A stretch of 64,000 nt of DNA, taken from contig CAVVLO010000003.1 in assembly GCA_963749155.1 (NCBI GenBank), forward strand, positions 512,001 through 576,000. The letters are read 5' to 3'. How positions within the stretch are numbered: the first letter of the stretch is position 1; the number at the start of each line of letters is the position of its first letter. The DNA is from an uncultured Armatimonadia bacterium (GTDB lineage Bacteria > Armatimonadota > Zipacnadia > CAVVLO01). The translations under genes and the position numbers were made by a program. A model generated the notes under the pieces. That model was not told where the DNA came from and did no database searches. It saw only the letters and a list, made by a program, of their open reading frames with translations. Shown here piece by piece: positions 9,592 through 20,794 of this stretch.

Positions 9592-11302
9592 TTACTGGAT
9601 GAAATACAGCAGTCCATCGTTGAAGTGTAGCGCAGCGAGCTCCGCGGGAGGAGGAGGGATAGGCGGACCTTCGATGACCACCGGCAGGATGGCTTCGAGC
9701 CCCTTGTGATCCAGCGCGTAGTGCCATTCGCGTCCAACCCAGTCGGAGTGACTGGCTGCCGTAGACCAGAACAGCAGGAACACATCAGCCTCGTCTATAT
9801 GATGGTAGAGGGACTTCTCCCATAACTCTCCCGGCTGCAGGTCGAGTATGTCCTGGAAGAATCCGATTCCGGCAGTTTTTAGCATCTGGACGCGCTTAAG
9901 CACTTCCGGCCGGTCCTGCGAGGCATAAGATACGAAGGCTTTGGAGAAGCGTTTGGCTTCGCCGGCTGGCGCCAGGGGTATCTGCGATTTAACTGGCGCG
10001 CCCTCAGCCACCCTCAGGCCGAAGGAGATGCGCCCGATGGGCACGGAGTTTTGGCTAACCGTAAGGGTGCCCACCGCAAGACCTGGCTCATCGCCCATAG
10101 TGACTGTGAAGCTGGCGTAGCAGGGACGCCCCTCCCAGACAACCTCATATGGGGGGGAGGTGGCTTCCAAAGCTCCCTCGAAGGAGAGACTCAGCGTGAC
10201 CTTGTCGCCGACGACAAGGCGAGTTCCCAGCGAGGTCCAGCCGCGCTTCGCGGCTGTTTCGTCAAACTGGAGCGCCTGCCGCTCTGCCTCTTCGGCCTGC
10301 TCGGGCCTGTACAGCCAGGCCTGGACGAAGGTCGCCTCCCTTGGCCGCGTGGGCTCCTTCGGCGCGAACACGGAGCAGTCAACGGGCTCACCGTGGGCGT
10401 CTAACTCGGGAGATCCTCGGTTTATGCCTTCGGTGTTCCACGGCGTTCCGGGCACCGGTCAGGTCGGGCAGTGGCTCTACATAGTCTGCCGTTACACCTG
10501 GCCCCGGCTCCTCATCTATTAGCAGCAGAGGATCTTCGTCATAGTAGATCTCTTCCGAAGGTCCCAGCACCCAGTCTGTAACCCGGCCAAGCCAGGAACG
10601 CTTGGGGGGGTTGGGTTCCGCCTCGTCGGCGAAGGCGGTGTCGAAGGTGTCGTCCAGGATTTCAGTGACCTGAGGGTCCGGTCCGAGGTTAAGGACGGGT
10701 CGGCAGCGTGCTCGGTGTCCCTGACAAGTGCTTGGCTTCCTCGAGCCGCTTGTGGAGATCGAGCCCCAAGCTGGGCAGAGCTTGCCTCCTGTCAGCTGGG
10801 TGATTAAGACGCAGCCGAAGGAACGACGAGCGTTTCGTCTCGGAGACTAGCCGATTGCAGTCCAGGCCTGGCCGTCCAGGGTCCATGTCCGGTCAAGTAG
10901 TGAGCTGACCTCGGTCTCACTCAGCACGGAGGAAAGCCCGCATTCGAGCAGTGCGTGGGCAGTGGCGTGAAGGAGTGCCCGCACGAGTTGCTTCGTAGTA
11001 TCCGAGCAAACCCCTGCGTCCGTGATCTGCAATCGTACGCTCTGAGGGGGCTCTGCAGAGTCTCCCAAAACCGCGATGGTCATGGCCCGGAGAGGTACCC
11101 CTGGGCTAAGCCGAAGGTCGGTTCCCACTTGCTGCGCTGCGGAAGACCAGTAGAGGATGATATCGGAGGCCTCAGAGCTGGCACTCGAGTTCGGAGGGGA
11201 ATCGGAGAAGCCCAGCGAGCATCGCCGTGAGGCCCTCCTGCCGGGAGCGCCTCGAGCAGCCGTCGCATCCTGATAGTCGGTCGCAAAGAGGAGTATAACC
11301 AC
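9592..11302 (-). CDS. TIR_2 domain protein (C-terminal TIR; N-terminal part broken by several frameshifts)
   Basis: FVSYASQDR...FFQDILDLQPGELW...DVFLLFWSTAASHSDWVGREW in ORF 9592..10455; abutting upstream fragments; probable GTG at 11302 after a purine-rich RBS; 5' extent uncertain. Confidence 0.75.
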
Positions 11303-11366
11303 CCTCAGCCCCTCCCCGCCAGAAGATGGGAGGGCCAGCTTTCGCCGGCCCTCCCCCACTTGCTGC

Positions 11367-12785
11367 TTAGTCCTTCGCCAGTTCTCCGAAGCGGTTGGCA
11401 ATCGCGAGCGCCGGGTCGAGAGGCACCTCGGCCGGCACGATGTCGGCGGGTATGGAGATGATCGGCAGTGGCTTCAGGGCGTCCGCCTCGAACTGCGGCA
11501 GCCACTCGGCCTCGGCCTTGAGCATTTCCCTGGTCATCTCGCGAGCCTCATACAGTGTGCAGACCGCCGAGGTCAGCGGATCCATCGCGACCGCCTGAGC
11601 GGCCATCTCGGCGTTGCCGGTGAGCGCGGCTTCCACCGTCAGCCCGTGCACCTGGGCATTGCTCATATTCATCGCGGCGCACTGGGGGGGCAAATCGCCT
11701 ACTGTCAGCGGATGCAGGCCCATCCTGTCGGCGTACATCGGCACCTCTACACACGAGCCCCACGGCAGATTGGTGATATAGCCATCGTTGCGCACATTGC
11801 CGTTGAAGCGGAAAGGCTTGTCCAGGGAGATTGCCTCGATGATATGCGAGCAATACTCCGCGCTGCGAGGCTGTAGTTGCTTGCTTTCGCGGGTAAGTGG
11901 GTCCACAGCGGCGAATTTATCCGCGATCATCTTGCTGTACTTGTAATAAGCGCCGCTGGCTCCGCCGAAGTCCGGCATATCACAGTACAGGTCGAGGGCC
12001 TTGCGGTTCTTGCGGAACCACGGCACATACTCCGACAGGTGCCCGGTGCTTTCGGTCATAAAGTATCCGAAGTGGCGGAACACCTCGCCGCGCACTTTCT
12101 CATTTATGTAGTATTCGGGCAGCTCGAACTTGGCGCGCAGGTCGGGATAGAGGTCGCGCCCCTCGTGGTACAGCTCGAGGAACCAGCCCATATGGTTGGT
12201 GCCCGCGCAAAGGAAGTCTATCTCTTCCTTCGGCACCTCGCAGTAGCCCGAAATCAGGTCGAGAGTTGTCTGCACGCCGTGGCAGAGGCCCACGAACTTT
12301 AGCCCTTCCACCATCCCGAGCGCATAACAGCACATTGACATCGGGTTGACGTAGTTGAGCATCGTGGCGTCCGGGCACAGCTCGCTCATATCCTGAGCCA
12401 TATCCATCAGCACCGGGATGCTGCGCAAAGCGCGGAAGATGCCGCCAGGGCCAATCGTGTCGCCGATGCACTGGTCTACGCCATACTTGAGAGGTATCTC
12501 GTAGTCCCACTGGAAGGCGTCCACCCCTCCAACCTGGATCATATTGACCACGAAATCGGCCCCCGCCATTGCTTCTCGGCGGTCGAGGGTTGCCTCAATC
12601 GTGGCTGGCAGGTTGTTCTCCTTCACCACGTCCTGGGCGAAGGCCTCGATGCGCCGAAGCTTCGGCTCGGTGCGATTCATCAGCACGAGAGTGCTGTCCT
12701 CGAGCCCTGGCGTTGCCAGGAGGTCCATCATCAGAGTCTTGGCGAAGACAAGGCTGCCCGCGCCAATCATTGCGATGCGTGCCAT
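11367..12785 (-). CDS. melA: GH4 NAD-dependent alpha-galactosidase
   Basis: IAMIGAGSLVF, IPLKYGVDQCIGDTIGPGG, LNYVNPM, GLCHGV, TESTGHLSEYVPWF; GGAGG RBS before ATG 12785. Confidence 0.92.
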   Translation of the reverse strand: MARIAMIGAGSLVFAKTLMMDLLATPGLEDSTLVLMNRTEPKLRRIEAFAQDVVKENNLPATIEATLDRREAMAGADFVVNMIQVGGVDAFQWDYEIPLKYGVDQCIGDTIGPGGIFRALRSIPVLMDMAQDMSELCPDATMLNYVNPMSMCCYALGMVEGLKFVGLCHGVQTTLDLISGYCEVPKEEIDFLCAGTNHMGWFLELYHEGRDLYPDLRAKFELPEYYINEKVRGEVFRHFGYFMTESTGHLSEYVPWFRKNRKALDLYCDMPDFGGASGAYYKYSKMIADKFAAVDPLTRESKQLQPRSAEYCSHIIEAISLDKPFRFNGNVRNDGYITNLPWGSCVEVPMYADRMGLHPLTVGDLPPQCAAMNMSNAQVHGLTVEAALTGNAEMAAQAVAMDPLTSAVCTLYEAREMTREMLKAEAEWLPQFEADALKPLPIISIPADIVPAEVPLDPALAIANRFGELAKD

Positions 12786-12786
12786 A

Positions 12787-13884
12787 TTAGCCTCCCACGT
12801 TTTCAGGGCCCAGGTTGCGGAAGATAAACAGCCCTTCCTTCCCTGCGGCCACGATGTCAAGCCGGCCAGTGCCGTCCAGATCCACCACTTCGAAGAAGAT
12901 GCCAGTGCCAGAGTGCGCGCCAATCTTGCCATAGTCTATGACGCACTTGGTGAAGCTCTCGCCGTTCCACTTGAAGTACCACAGGCCCACGATGTCGGTC
13001 TCGCCAGGCTCATGACCGCAGTGCGCGCGGAAGCGGTTGCCAGTCACGAGTTCACATTCGCCGTCGTTGTCGATGTCTACCCACCACATATCATGGTACT
13101 GGGAGAACCAGGGGTCTATGGGGTGCTTGGTCCACTTGCGCGAACCATCGGGCTGCGGCTCGTTCTGATACCAGTCAAGCCCGTAGCCATGCGCCTGGCC
13201 AACGATCAGCTCGTTGAGGCCATCGCCGTTGATGTCCGTCACGATCATCGGCACGCTGGAGTTGCCTGTGTCGAACTCCGCATGGAAGGTCCAGGGGTCT
13301 TTGAGCGGGTCATCGCCAGGCTCCCAGAAGCCATTAGGGCAGATGAGGCAGCCCTTGCCGTTGTTCATTATGTCGCCAAAGCCGAGGCCATGGCCCGAGG
13401 GTTGCTCCGACACGACATACTTGCCGAACTCGCCAACGCCCTTGCCCTCGGTGTCCCGGATAAGCTTGTAGAAGACCAACGGGCTGCCGGGGGTATTGGG
13501 GACTATCTCAAGCTCGCCATCCCGGTCGACATCCCAGGCGCGGGTGGTCTCGATAGAGCCGCATTTGTCCAAATCGTGCGTTGTCCACTCGACCGGCTGG
13601 CCCTGGGGATTCTCGCGCCACTGGACCATCTGGCCCCACCAGCCGCCGGTGACGAAATCGAGATAGCCGTCTCCGTTGATATCCATCGCGATGGTGGAGA
13701 AATCGTCGTAATACTCATCCGCGGCCATAACATCGCACAGCTTGTGCTTCGTCCAGTTTGGGCCTTCATACCAGAAGGCGCCACTCACGATATCGAGCTG
13801 GCCATCGTTGTTTACGTCGAATACACCGACCGACTCGTACCGCTCATCACTAAGTTTGATCTTCTCCCACTCAATACGTCTCAT
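12787..13884 (-). CDS. FG-GAP/VCBS repeat beta-propeller protein
   Basis: Repeated DxNxDGxxD(I/L)V motifs; co-oriented with and abutting melA. Confidence 0.88.
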   Translation of the reverse strand: MRRIEWEKIKLSDERYESVGVFDVNNDGQLDIVSGAFWYEGPNWTKHKLCDVMAADEYYDDFSTIAMDINGDGYLDFVTGGWWGQMVQWRENPQGQPVEWTTHDLDKCGSIETTRAWDVDRDGELEIVPNTPGSPLVFYKLIRDTEGKGVGEFGKYVVSEQPSGHGLGFGDIMNNGKGCLICPNGFWEPGDDPLKDPWTFHAEFDTGNSSVPMIVTDINGDGLNELIVGQAHGYGLDWYQNEPQPDGSRKWTKHPIDPWFSQYHDMWWVDIDNDGECELVTGNRFRAHCGHEPGETDIVGLWYFKWNGESFTKCVIDYGKIGAHSGTGIFFEVVDLDGTGRLDIVAAGKEGLFIFRNLGPENVGG

Positions 13885-14063
13885 CAAGTAAAAGCCTCCA
13901 GCCAGCAAAGAAAGTCAGCGCCCGCCGGGAGCGCGCCCGCGTCGCAGTTAGGCAGCTATTCTCGCTCCCTGGATGCCTTCCTGCCAAGGCTTGCGGCTTT
14001 CTGGGCGCAGGGAGAACCAATTTGCTGTCAAAGTAATGGGCGTCCGTATCAGGAGGGGAGTCT

Positions 14064-16571
14064 TTGAAATCCGCCTTGTTGCTTTTTATGCTCCTACTGG
14101 CTGGCACAAGCGCCTATGCTTTACAACTGGCCTGGTTGATTGATCCTCTGGAAGGTCCGCCGAGAGTTGATTGGCAGCCTTCGATAACCGCCCTTCAAGC
14201 AGCAGGCTCGGAAGTCCAAACGCTGGACTATCAGGCCGTGGCTGCAGGGGCCCTGGCCCAGAGGGACTTTGATGCGCTGGTGCTGCCGAACGCCTCCTTG
14301 CTTCCCCCTGAGTGCGCGGCGCCACTTGAGGCCTTCCTCAAAGCCGGCGGCGACCTCGTGACCCTGCAGGGCCTTCCTTTTCAGGAGGCGCTGCTGAAGG
14401 AGGGCGATGGCTGGATAGCAGCCAACCATGTCTTCCTCGAAGGGCAGTGGTTGCCCAGGGAAGAGGCCCGCAGGAAGGCTTTGGCGGAGGTACGTCCAGT
14501 TCACTTGCTGCTCGATTTCGAGACGGAAGACCTCTCCCTCTGGCAACGCAACTCCAACCGGATGGACCAGCCAAGCAGCTTGAGCCTTGTGGAAGTAGAA
14601 GAAGGCCAGGCCTTGCGCCTCTCCATCAAGGGCCTGACCGGCTGGGATACTCAGGCCCGCGCGCTGCCCGGGCCCATCGCTGAGGGAGACAATTGTCTCG
14701 TCTTCCGGGCTCGCAGTGATGCTCCTCAGACGCCGGCCCTGGTCGTCGAACTGGATGAGGAGGATGGCACGCGCTGGATTGGCAAAGTGGCTCTCACCTC
14801 CGATTGGCGCTGGTATGCGCTGGTGGCCGAGGATTTCGCCTGCTGGGGCGGCTCTGGGCGAGACGCCCGAGGCGATCAACTGACCTTCCAGCGCGCAACG
14901 CGCCTGTCGCTAGGGCTTGCTTTCGGCATCAGCGTGCAGCCCGAAGGCGACCACGCCTTGCTTGTAGATGACCTTGGCACTGCTCCGGTTGAGCTTTACG
15001 AGGCAAAAGTGTCCAGACTGGACTTTGGACTCAAAGACCTTTCAGATGCCCTTCCTCTGCCTTTGACTGGCTTAACAGCGCCAATAACAGCGGACCTTTT
15101 GCCTCTTTTGTGGCCCTCCAGCGTCCCTCTTGAAGGCGAAGAGCTGCTGCCCTTTCCGCGTCCCGAGCAAGAGGCCTGGCTGCCTCTGCTCGAAGCCTCT
15201 GACTCCCAGGGCAGGCCTCGGTGCCTGGCAGGCGCGCTAGTTCATTTCGCAGGGCCTTATGAAGGCTCCCAGTGGCTTGCTTGGGCGGTGACAGAGCCCG
15301 CCTACTATCAGTCGGAAGAGTTCCGCCAGGGCCTTCCCCAGGCCCTGACCTGGCTTGCCTCGGAAGCGACCTTGCAAAAGGCTGAGGCAAAGGCCCAAGA
15401 AGAGCTTGCAGACCGCCAGACTGTAGGAGGCTGCAATTTCCTCATCGGCACGCAGAACTTCGGCCCGCGCTATCACTTCACCGAAGACAGCCTGCTGGTC
15501 GAATCCGCTCTCGAGATGACCGCTTTGGGCGCCACCAGCTTCAAGGGAGAACTCAGCCGGCGCGTCTTCGCGACCAATACGCGCGAGCAACCGGTCTACG
15601 ACCTGGTCGCTTCGCCCGCTGTCACGACGCTGGTCGAGCTTGCTCAGCAGCCCGATTACAGGCGCCTCTTCGCTCTGCCAATCCGTCAGTATGTCTTTTG
15701 GACTTATCCTCTCGGCGGCGCAAGCTACGTGCCGGACGAGGACGACTCGCCTCATTACGGCTTCTGCAAGCCGATGACGGCGCGCCAGCGTGAAAACGAA
15801 TACCGCGAGTTCTATGACCTGACCGCCTGGCTGCTTGCGACCTACTCAGGCACAGGCAAGCAGTTCTTCCTGGGCAACTGGGAGGGCGATGGGATGCTCG
15901 CTATCGCCTCGGCTGGATGGGGTACCAACCCCTCTGAGGAAGCCGTGCAGGCGATGATCGACCGGCTGCGAGTGCGCCAGCAAGCCGTGAGCGAGGCCAG
16001 AGCCGCAACGCCCCATCACGAGGTTGAGGTCTACCACTACCTCGAGTGCAACAACGTGACGCGCCCGATGCGCGGCGAGGCGATGCGCACGGTCGTTGCC
16101 GATGTGCTGCCCTTCGTGGACGTGGACTATGTGTCTTATTCCAGCTACGAGGCGACCGTAAAAGTCGGTACGACCGAGCTTGCCTCCGACTACCAGCGTC
16201 ATCTGGATTTCATCCTCACCAAAGCGCCGGCGGCGGTCTCAGAGGAGAAGCGCCTTCTCATCGGTGAGTTCGGCTGGCCGGCCTCGACCGCTACGCCCCT
16301 GCAGCAGAAGGAACGCACTCGCCAGGTGTTGCTCGCCGCACTAAGATGGGGCAGCCCGCTCGCCCTTTACTGGCAGCTCTACGACAACGAGGGCACTGGT
16401 TACTGGATGATCGACGACCAGGGCGTGCGCCAGCCCGTGCATACTCTCTATCAGCGCTGCTTTGAAGGCGCGCGGCGCTGGGCAGTGGATTTCCAGGCGG
16501 AAGAAGGCCGACTTCCAACTACTGAAGAACTGCGACCTGTGGTCACCAAGTTGCTAGAAGAAGCACCCTAA
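14064..16571 (+). CDS. Secreted modular protein: GATase-like N-domain, CBM11-like domain, C-terminal putative clan GH-A barrel
   Basis: Signal peptide; DALVLP; LLDFE...W...EEDGTRW; GNWEGD and LIGEFGWP motifs. Confidence 0.6.
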   Translation: MKSALLLFMLLLAGTSAYALQLAWLIDPLEGPPRVDWQPSITALQAAGSEVQTLDYQAVAAGALAQRDFDALVLPNASLLPPECAAPLEAFLKAGGDLVTLQGLPFQEALLKEGDGWIAANHVFLEGQWLPREEARRKALAEVRPVHLLLDFETEDLSLWQRNSNRMDQPSSLSLVEVEEGQALRLSIKGLTGWDTQARALPGPIAEGDNCLVFRARSDAPQTPALVVELDEEDGTRWIGKVALTSDWRWYALVAEDFACWGGSGRDARGDQLTFQRATRLSLGLAFGISVQPEGDHALLVDDLGTAPVELYEAKVSRLDFGLKDLSDALPLPLTGLTAPITADLLPLLWPSSVPLEGEELLPFPRPEQEAWLPLLEASDSQGRPRCLAGALVHFAGPYEGSQWLAWAVTEPAYYQSEEFRQGLPQALTWLASEATLQKAEAKAQEELADRQTVGGCNFLIGTQNFGPRYHFTEDSLLVESALEMTALGATSFKGELSRRVFATNTREQPVYDLVASPAVTTLVELAQQPDYRRLFALPIRQYVFWTYPLGGASYVPDEDDSPHYGFCKPMTARQRENEYREFYDLTAWLLATYSGTGKQFFLGNWEGDGMLAIASAGWGTNPSEEAVQAMIDRLRVRQQAVSEARAATPHHEVEVYHYLECNNVTRPMRGEAMRTVVADVLPFVDVDYVSYSSYEATVKVGTTELASDYQRHLDFILTKAPAAVSEEKRLLIGEFGWPASTATPLQQKERTRQVLLAALRWGSPLALYWQLYDNEGTGYWMIDDQGVRQPVHTLYQRCFEGARRWAVDFQAEEGRLPTTEELRPVVTKLLEEAP

Positions 16572-16581
16572 GGAGGCTCTC

Positions 16582-19537
16582 TTGAGAAAACTCGCTTGCC
16601 TGGTATTGTTGTTGCTGGCGCTGCTGCAGGCGTTTGCTTGCGCAGCAGAGGTGACCCTTTCCGACAACGGTAATGCAACCTTCCAATGGGAGGGCTGGCG
16701 GAGTGCAACGCGAGAGATAACGCTGGAGGCCACCCTCCCTGGGATGCCTTTGATTGATCCGCCCGAATCGCACCCCTTGCCTGGCGGCGGCCTCGAACGC
16801 ATCGCTCGGTATGGCGAGGAGAAGCAAGGCGCGCTCGTAACTGAACGCCTGCTGCCTTCCGCGAGCGGCCTTGATTGGGAAGTCACCTTCGAGCCGCAGG
16901 GCATCACCTGGAGCGGCCCCATGGCCCTGACCCTCCGAGCGCCGTCCGAAGGCCTTTCCCCAGTGGTGGACAGCCTGGGGCACGCCTGACCTCGCGCTCG
17001 AGAACCAGTGGCAGGACCCGCTGGCCACACGACCGAGGGAGGACCGGACCCTCATCTACGGCGGCGCCAGCGTTGTCAGTAGCGATGCCTTCAGCCTGCC
17101 TTTCGTCTGTCTCCTCGCGCCCTCGGAAGGTCTTGGGCTCTCCCTCTTGCAAGCGCCCTCTGACCTCTTGCGCGATATGAAACTCGTCTCGACGGCCGAA
17201 ACCGTCACTTTCGTCCACGAGCGTCATCGGCTGGAGCAAGGCAAACCCCTTACTTTCCACCTGCGCCTCATCGCTCACGAGGCCGACTGGCGCGCCGGCG
17301 CCCGCGAGCTTGTTACGCGCTACCCAGAGTACTTCGAGCCTGAGGCGCAGGATGTGGACGACCTGGTGGGGCTTGGCGCCTATTCCAGCGAGGAAGGCCC
17401 GCTCGAAGCCTACAAGCTGCACCTGATGGGCTTCCGCACCAACTGGAAAGCCTCTTTCGACTTCCCCTATATGGGGATGTTTCTGCCGCCACTGCCACCA
17501 GATGAGCAATGGGATTCTTTCAACCATCGCCGCCCTTCGATCGCCTCGATGGAAGCCTATAGTAAAGCGATGCGGACGCAAGGCTTCCGCGTGCTCAACT
17601 ACTTCAACGTGAACGAGTTCGGCACTGGCATCAAGTGGCCGCCGCCGGCCTCCGAGACCCCTCCGGACGCCCTTTGGAGCGACGCCAACGCCTTCCTCTA
17701 CGGCCCCTTGAACGAGGCCTGGCTGCGCGATGCGGAAGGCAAGCCTGTCTTCTCCTGGGAGTGGTCGGTCGGAATGGATCCAGGCGAGCCAGCCTATCAG
17801 GCCTTCCTGCTAGAGCAAGCCAGGCGCCATCTGCGTTATCTGCCCTCCTCTTCAGGCTTCTGCATCGACAGGCTGGACTGGACGCGCTGGTACAACAAGC
17901 GCGGCGATGATGGCGCAAGCTGGGTAGAGGGCGTCCCCGCGCGGTCGCTCATCGCCTCCTGGCACGAGGTCATCGGCAAGCTGGCGCCGCTTGTGCATGC
18001 CAAGGGCAAGGCAATCTTCGTGAATCCCCTCAACCGCCGCGTTGACCTGATGAACCACGTAGATGGCTTTTACGATGAGATCGCCGACAGGCCCGAATGC
18101 CTGAACTCGGATGCCTTCCTGGGTCTCCTTAAGCCCTCTATTGCCTGGGTCGGCAACGCTTCGGTACTCGGTCCCAAGCCCGAGATCGGCTTGCAGCCTT
18201 TCCTTTATATGGGAGTCCAGCCGACCGCCCCTGTGCCTGGCAACGACCATACCATCCGCCCGGATGCAGAGACCGAGCCCTTTTATCTCACTTACGGACC
18301 GCTCTTCCGAGAGCTGCGCGGCCGTCACTGGGTGCTCTCCCCTCTGGTTGTAGAAGCCGAGAACGGCGTTTTGGCCAACGTTTTCGAGGTGCCAGGCGGC
18401 TATGTCGTGCCTCTCGTGCTGGGCGGAGAGGCGAAGACGGCCACCGTCCACCTGCGTCGGCTCGATTTTCCCTGCCCTTTGGAAGCCCTGCGGGTAGATG
18501 CCCTGCTCCCAGGCCAGACGGCTCAGCCGGTCCAGATGAAGCGCAATGGCGCAGGGCTTACTCTCGAAACCCCTCTTGGGGCGGGCTGTGCTCTTATACG
18601 CCTCTCCTGGCTCTGGGTCGACGACGCCGGGCCGGCCTTCACGAGGTCGCAGGCTGTGACTCTCCACTGCGCCCTGCCTGGCGCCGATATTCGTTACACC
18701 ACCGACGGCAGCCAACCGAAGCCAGACTCGCCTGTCTACACCAGGCCTGTCGTGCTTAAGCAGACAACCGACCTACGCTTCGCGGCCTTCGTGGCGGGCA
18801 AGCAAGTTGGGCGAACGCTGCTGCGTTCCTACACGCGCTCTGAGCCGCCTGCTCCCATCACCCCAGTGCGCGAGTGCACTTTCGAGGACACCCTCACCGT
18901 GGAGCTGGAACGACCTGACTATTTCGCTGGCGGTGTGCTGCGCTACACCCTCGACGGCAGCGAAGTAACTGCTACCTCGCCCGAATGGAGCAATCCAGTC
19001 ACTCTCACCGACACCACCACTTTGCGCGCGCGGCTCTTCCTGGACGGGGAGGCGAGTCAGGAGCTACTAGCGACCTACTCCAAGTGGCCGCCGGTGCCAC
19101 CAGTTGCTGACATATTCTGTTCTGACTTGCCCTGGGTCAGCGCGACGACAGCCTGGGGTGGCTTCGTCAGGCGCGATCTGTCGACCCAGGATCAACCCCT
19201 TACCCTCCACGGGCAGGTGTTCGAGAAGGGACTGGGCGGTTCGGCAAGCTCGGAGATACTCTACGACCTTCAGCCCGAGTGGAAACGCTTCGTTGCGACC
19301 GTCGGAGTGGACGATGAGATGAACGACTGGGACCTGCAGAGCATCCAGTTCAGCGTCTGGGTGGACGGGGAGAAGCTCGCCGAGAGCCCAATCCTTCGCC
19401 GGGGTGACCTGTGGCGCTTCAACGTGGTACTGCCTGAGGGAGGCAAGCGGTTGCGTCTGTTCGCCTGGGATACCGGCGATTCCATCAACTGCGACCACGC
19501 CGACTGGGGCGGGGCAGGCTTCCTGTTAAGCGATTAG
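16582..19537 (+). CDS. Secreted putative glycoside hydrolase with two Fn3-associated/chitobiase C-terminal domains and an NPCBM domain (frameshift near 16958)
   Basis: Signal peptide; IRYTTDGSQP and LRYTLDGSEV; FEKGLG...FVATVGVDD...DHADWG (NPCBM). Confidence 0.8.
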
Positions 19538-19557
19538 GAAGTAGATATCCGCAAAGC

Positions 19558-19587
19558 AAAGACGCCGGCGAGTTGCCGGCGTCTTTT
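19558..19587. terminator. Bidirectional terminator
   Basis: AAAGACGCCGGC-gagtt-GCCGGCGTCTTTT. Confidence 0.8.
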
Positions 19588-19613
19588 GGTAGTATCCGTT
19601 ACTGAAGGTCCGG

Positions 19614-20546
19614 TTAGATAGGCACGTCCGAGAGCAAAGTGATGCAGTCGACAGGCACTGCCGGATCGCTGCCAGCGACTACACCTGTCACCGCGGTATC
19701 TGCGCCAGTGACGACCGTGAAGGCGTCGGCAAAGTCCAGGCTGGTCACATTATCGAAATCGAGATAGCCCTCCGCGGTAACTTTCAGCCAGTAGTCGCCA
19801 GGCGGCACGATAGCGCGGAAGGAGCCATCTTCCTGGTTCAAGCTGCCAGTGGCGATGGGGTTGGTGCCGCTAGCGGGATACACGGAGACCTGGGCGGTTG
19901 GCCAGGCTTCAGCAGGCAGGACGCAACCGGTCAGCGCGCCATAGGTTTCCAGATAATCGGAGGTACAGGACAGGCGGATGCCACTCGGCTTGATGTTGTA
20001 TTCACCCGAGGCGCCGCGCTCGACGATAGCCCAATCGGGGTCGAAGTCTATGACCAGAGAGGTCATCTCGCCATCTACCACGACGAAAGGCCCAATCAGC
20101 TTCATCCCGGCGTTCTGGGCGCTGGGAGTAGTTAGTGGCCAATGGGTGGCGTCGCCTTCTTCGACGATGTAGTTGACAGGGTCCTGGCCCTCCACATTGG
20201 GAGCGAGCACCAGGTGAAGCTGGCAGTATTCGCCTGCGGGGATGGTCGCTTCGCCCAGCACTTCCTGCTGGAAGGCAAGGTCCATTACATCAACCTGCCG
20301 AGGCGTGGCAAAGGAGACGATGAGGGGCAGGCCTGTGTTTTCTTGCTGGTCTGCCAACTCGTGGGGTACGGCGTAGATTGCAGATATTGCAATAACAATT
20401 GATTCATAATCGGCGGTGGGGGCATCAGTGATGGAGACGCGGACGTTGTCAGTGCTCGTTCCGCCGCCTCCACAACCTGACACCAAGGCGAGGATGACCA
20501 CCAAAGCAGTCATCAGTAAAAGAACCGTAAGCTTGCGGCTAGCCAT
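19614..20546 (-). CDS. DUF4382 lipoprotein
   Basis: Lipobox VSGCGGG; VSITDAP; LTTPSAQNAGMKL; VIDFD; GGAGGT RBS before ATG 20546. Confidence 0.88.
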   Translation of the reverse strand: MASRKLTVLLLMTALVVILALVSGCGGGGTSTDNVRVSITDAPTADYESIVIAISAIYAVPHELADQQENTGLPLIVSFATPRQVDVMDLAFQQEVLGEATIPAGEYCQLHLVLAPNVEGQDPVNYIVEEGDATHWPLTTPSAQNAGMKLIGPFVVVDGEMTSLVIDFDPDWAIVERGASGEYNIKPSGIRLSCTSDYLETYGALTGCVLPAEAWPTAQVSVYPASGTNPIATGSLNQEDGSFRAIVPPGDYWLKVTAEGYLDFDNVTSLDFADAFTVVTGADTAVTGVVAGSDPAVPVDCITLLSDVPI

Positions 20547-20794
20547 TACGAACCTCCCAGTAAAACGTGAATTGAAACAGTTGTACCCTCGGACTCTCAT
20601 TCTAAACCAATTATAAAAGCAGTCGACGGATTATTGACAATACAGACTTGTAAATTTTTGTAACACGAATTACAAATATTGGAGCAAGCCTTACCACAAC
20701 CTCCCCGGTTGCCCGTCTTGGCGGCGAGTGATATTCTCTGATGTTCACTACACATCAAACAAGACGCAAGCTGAAGTCCTACGAGGAGTTTCCA

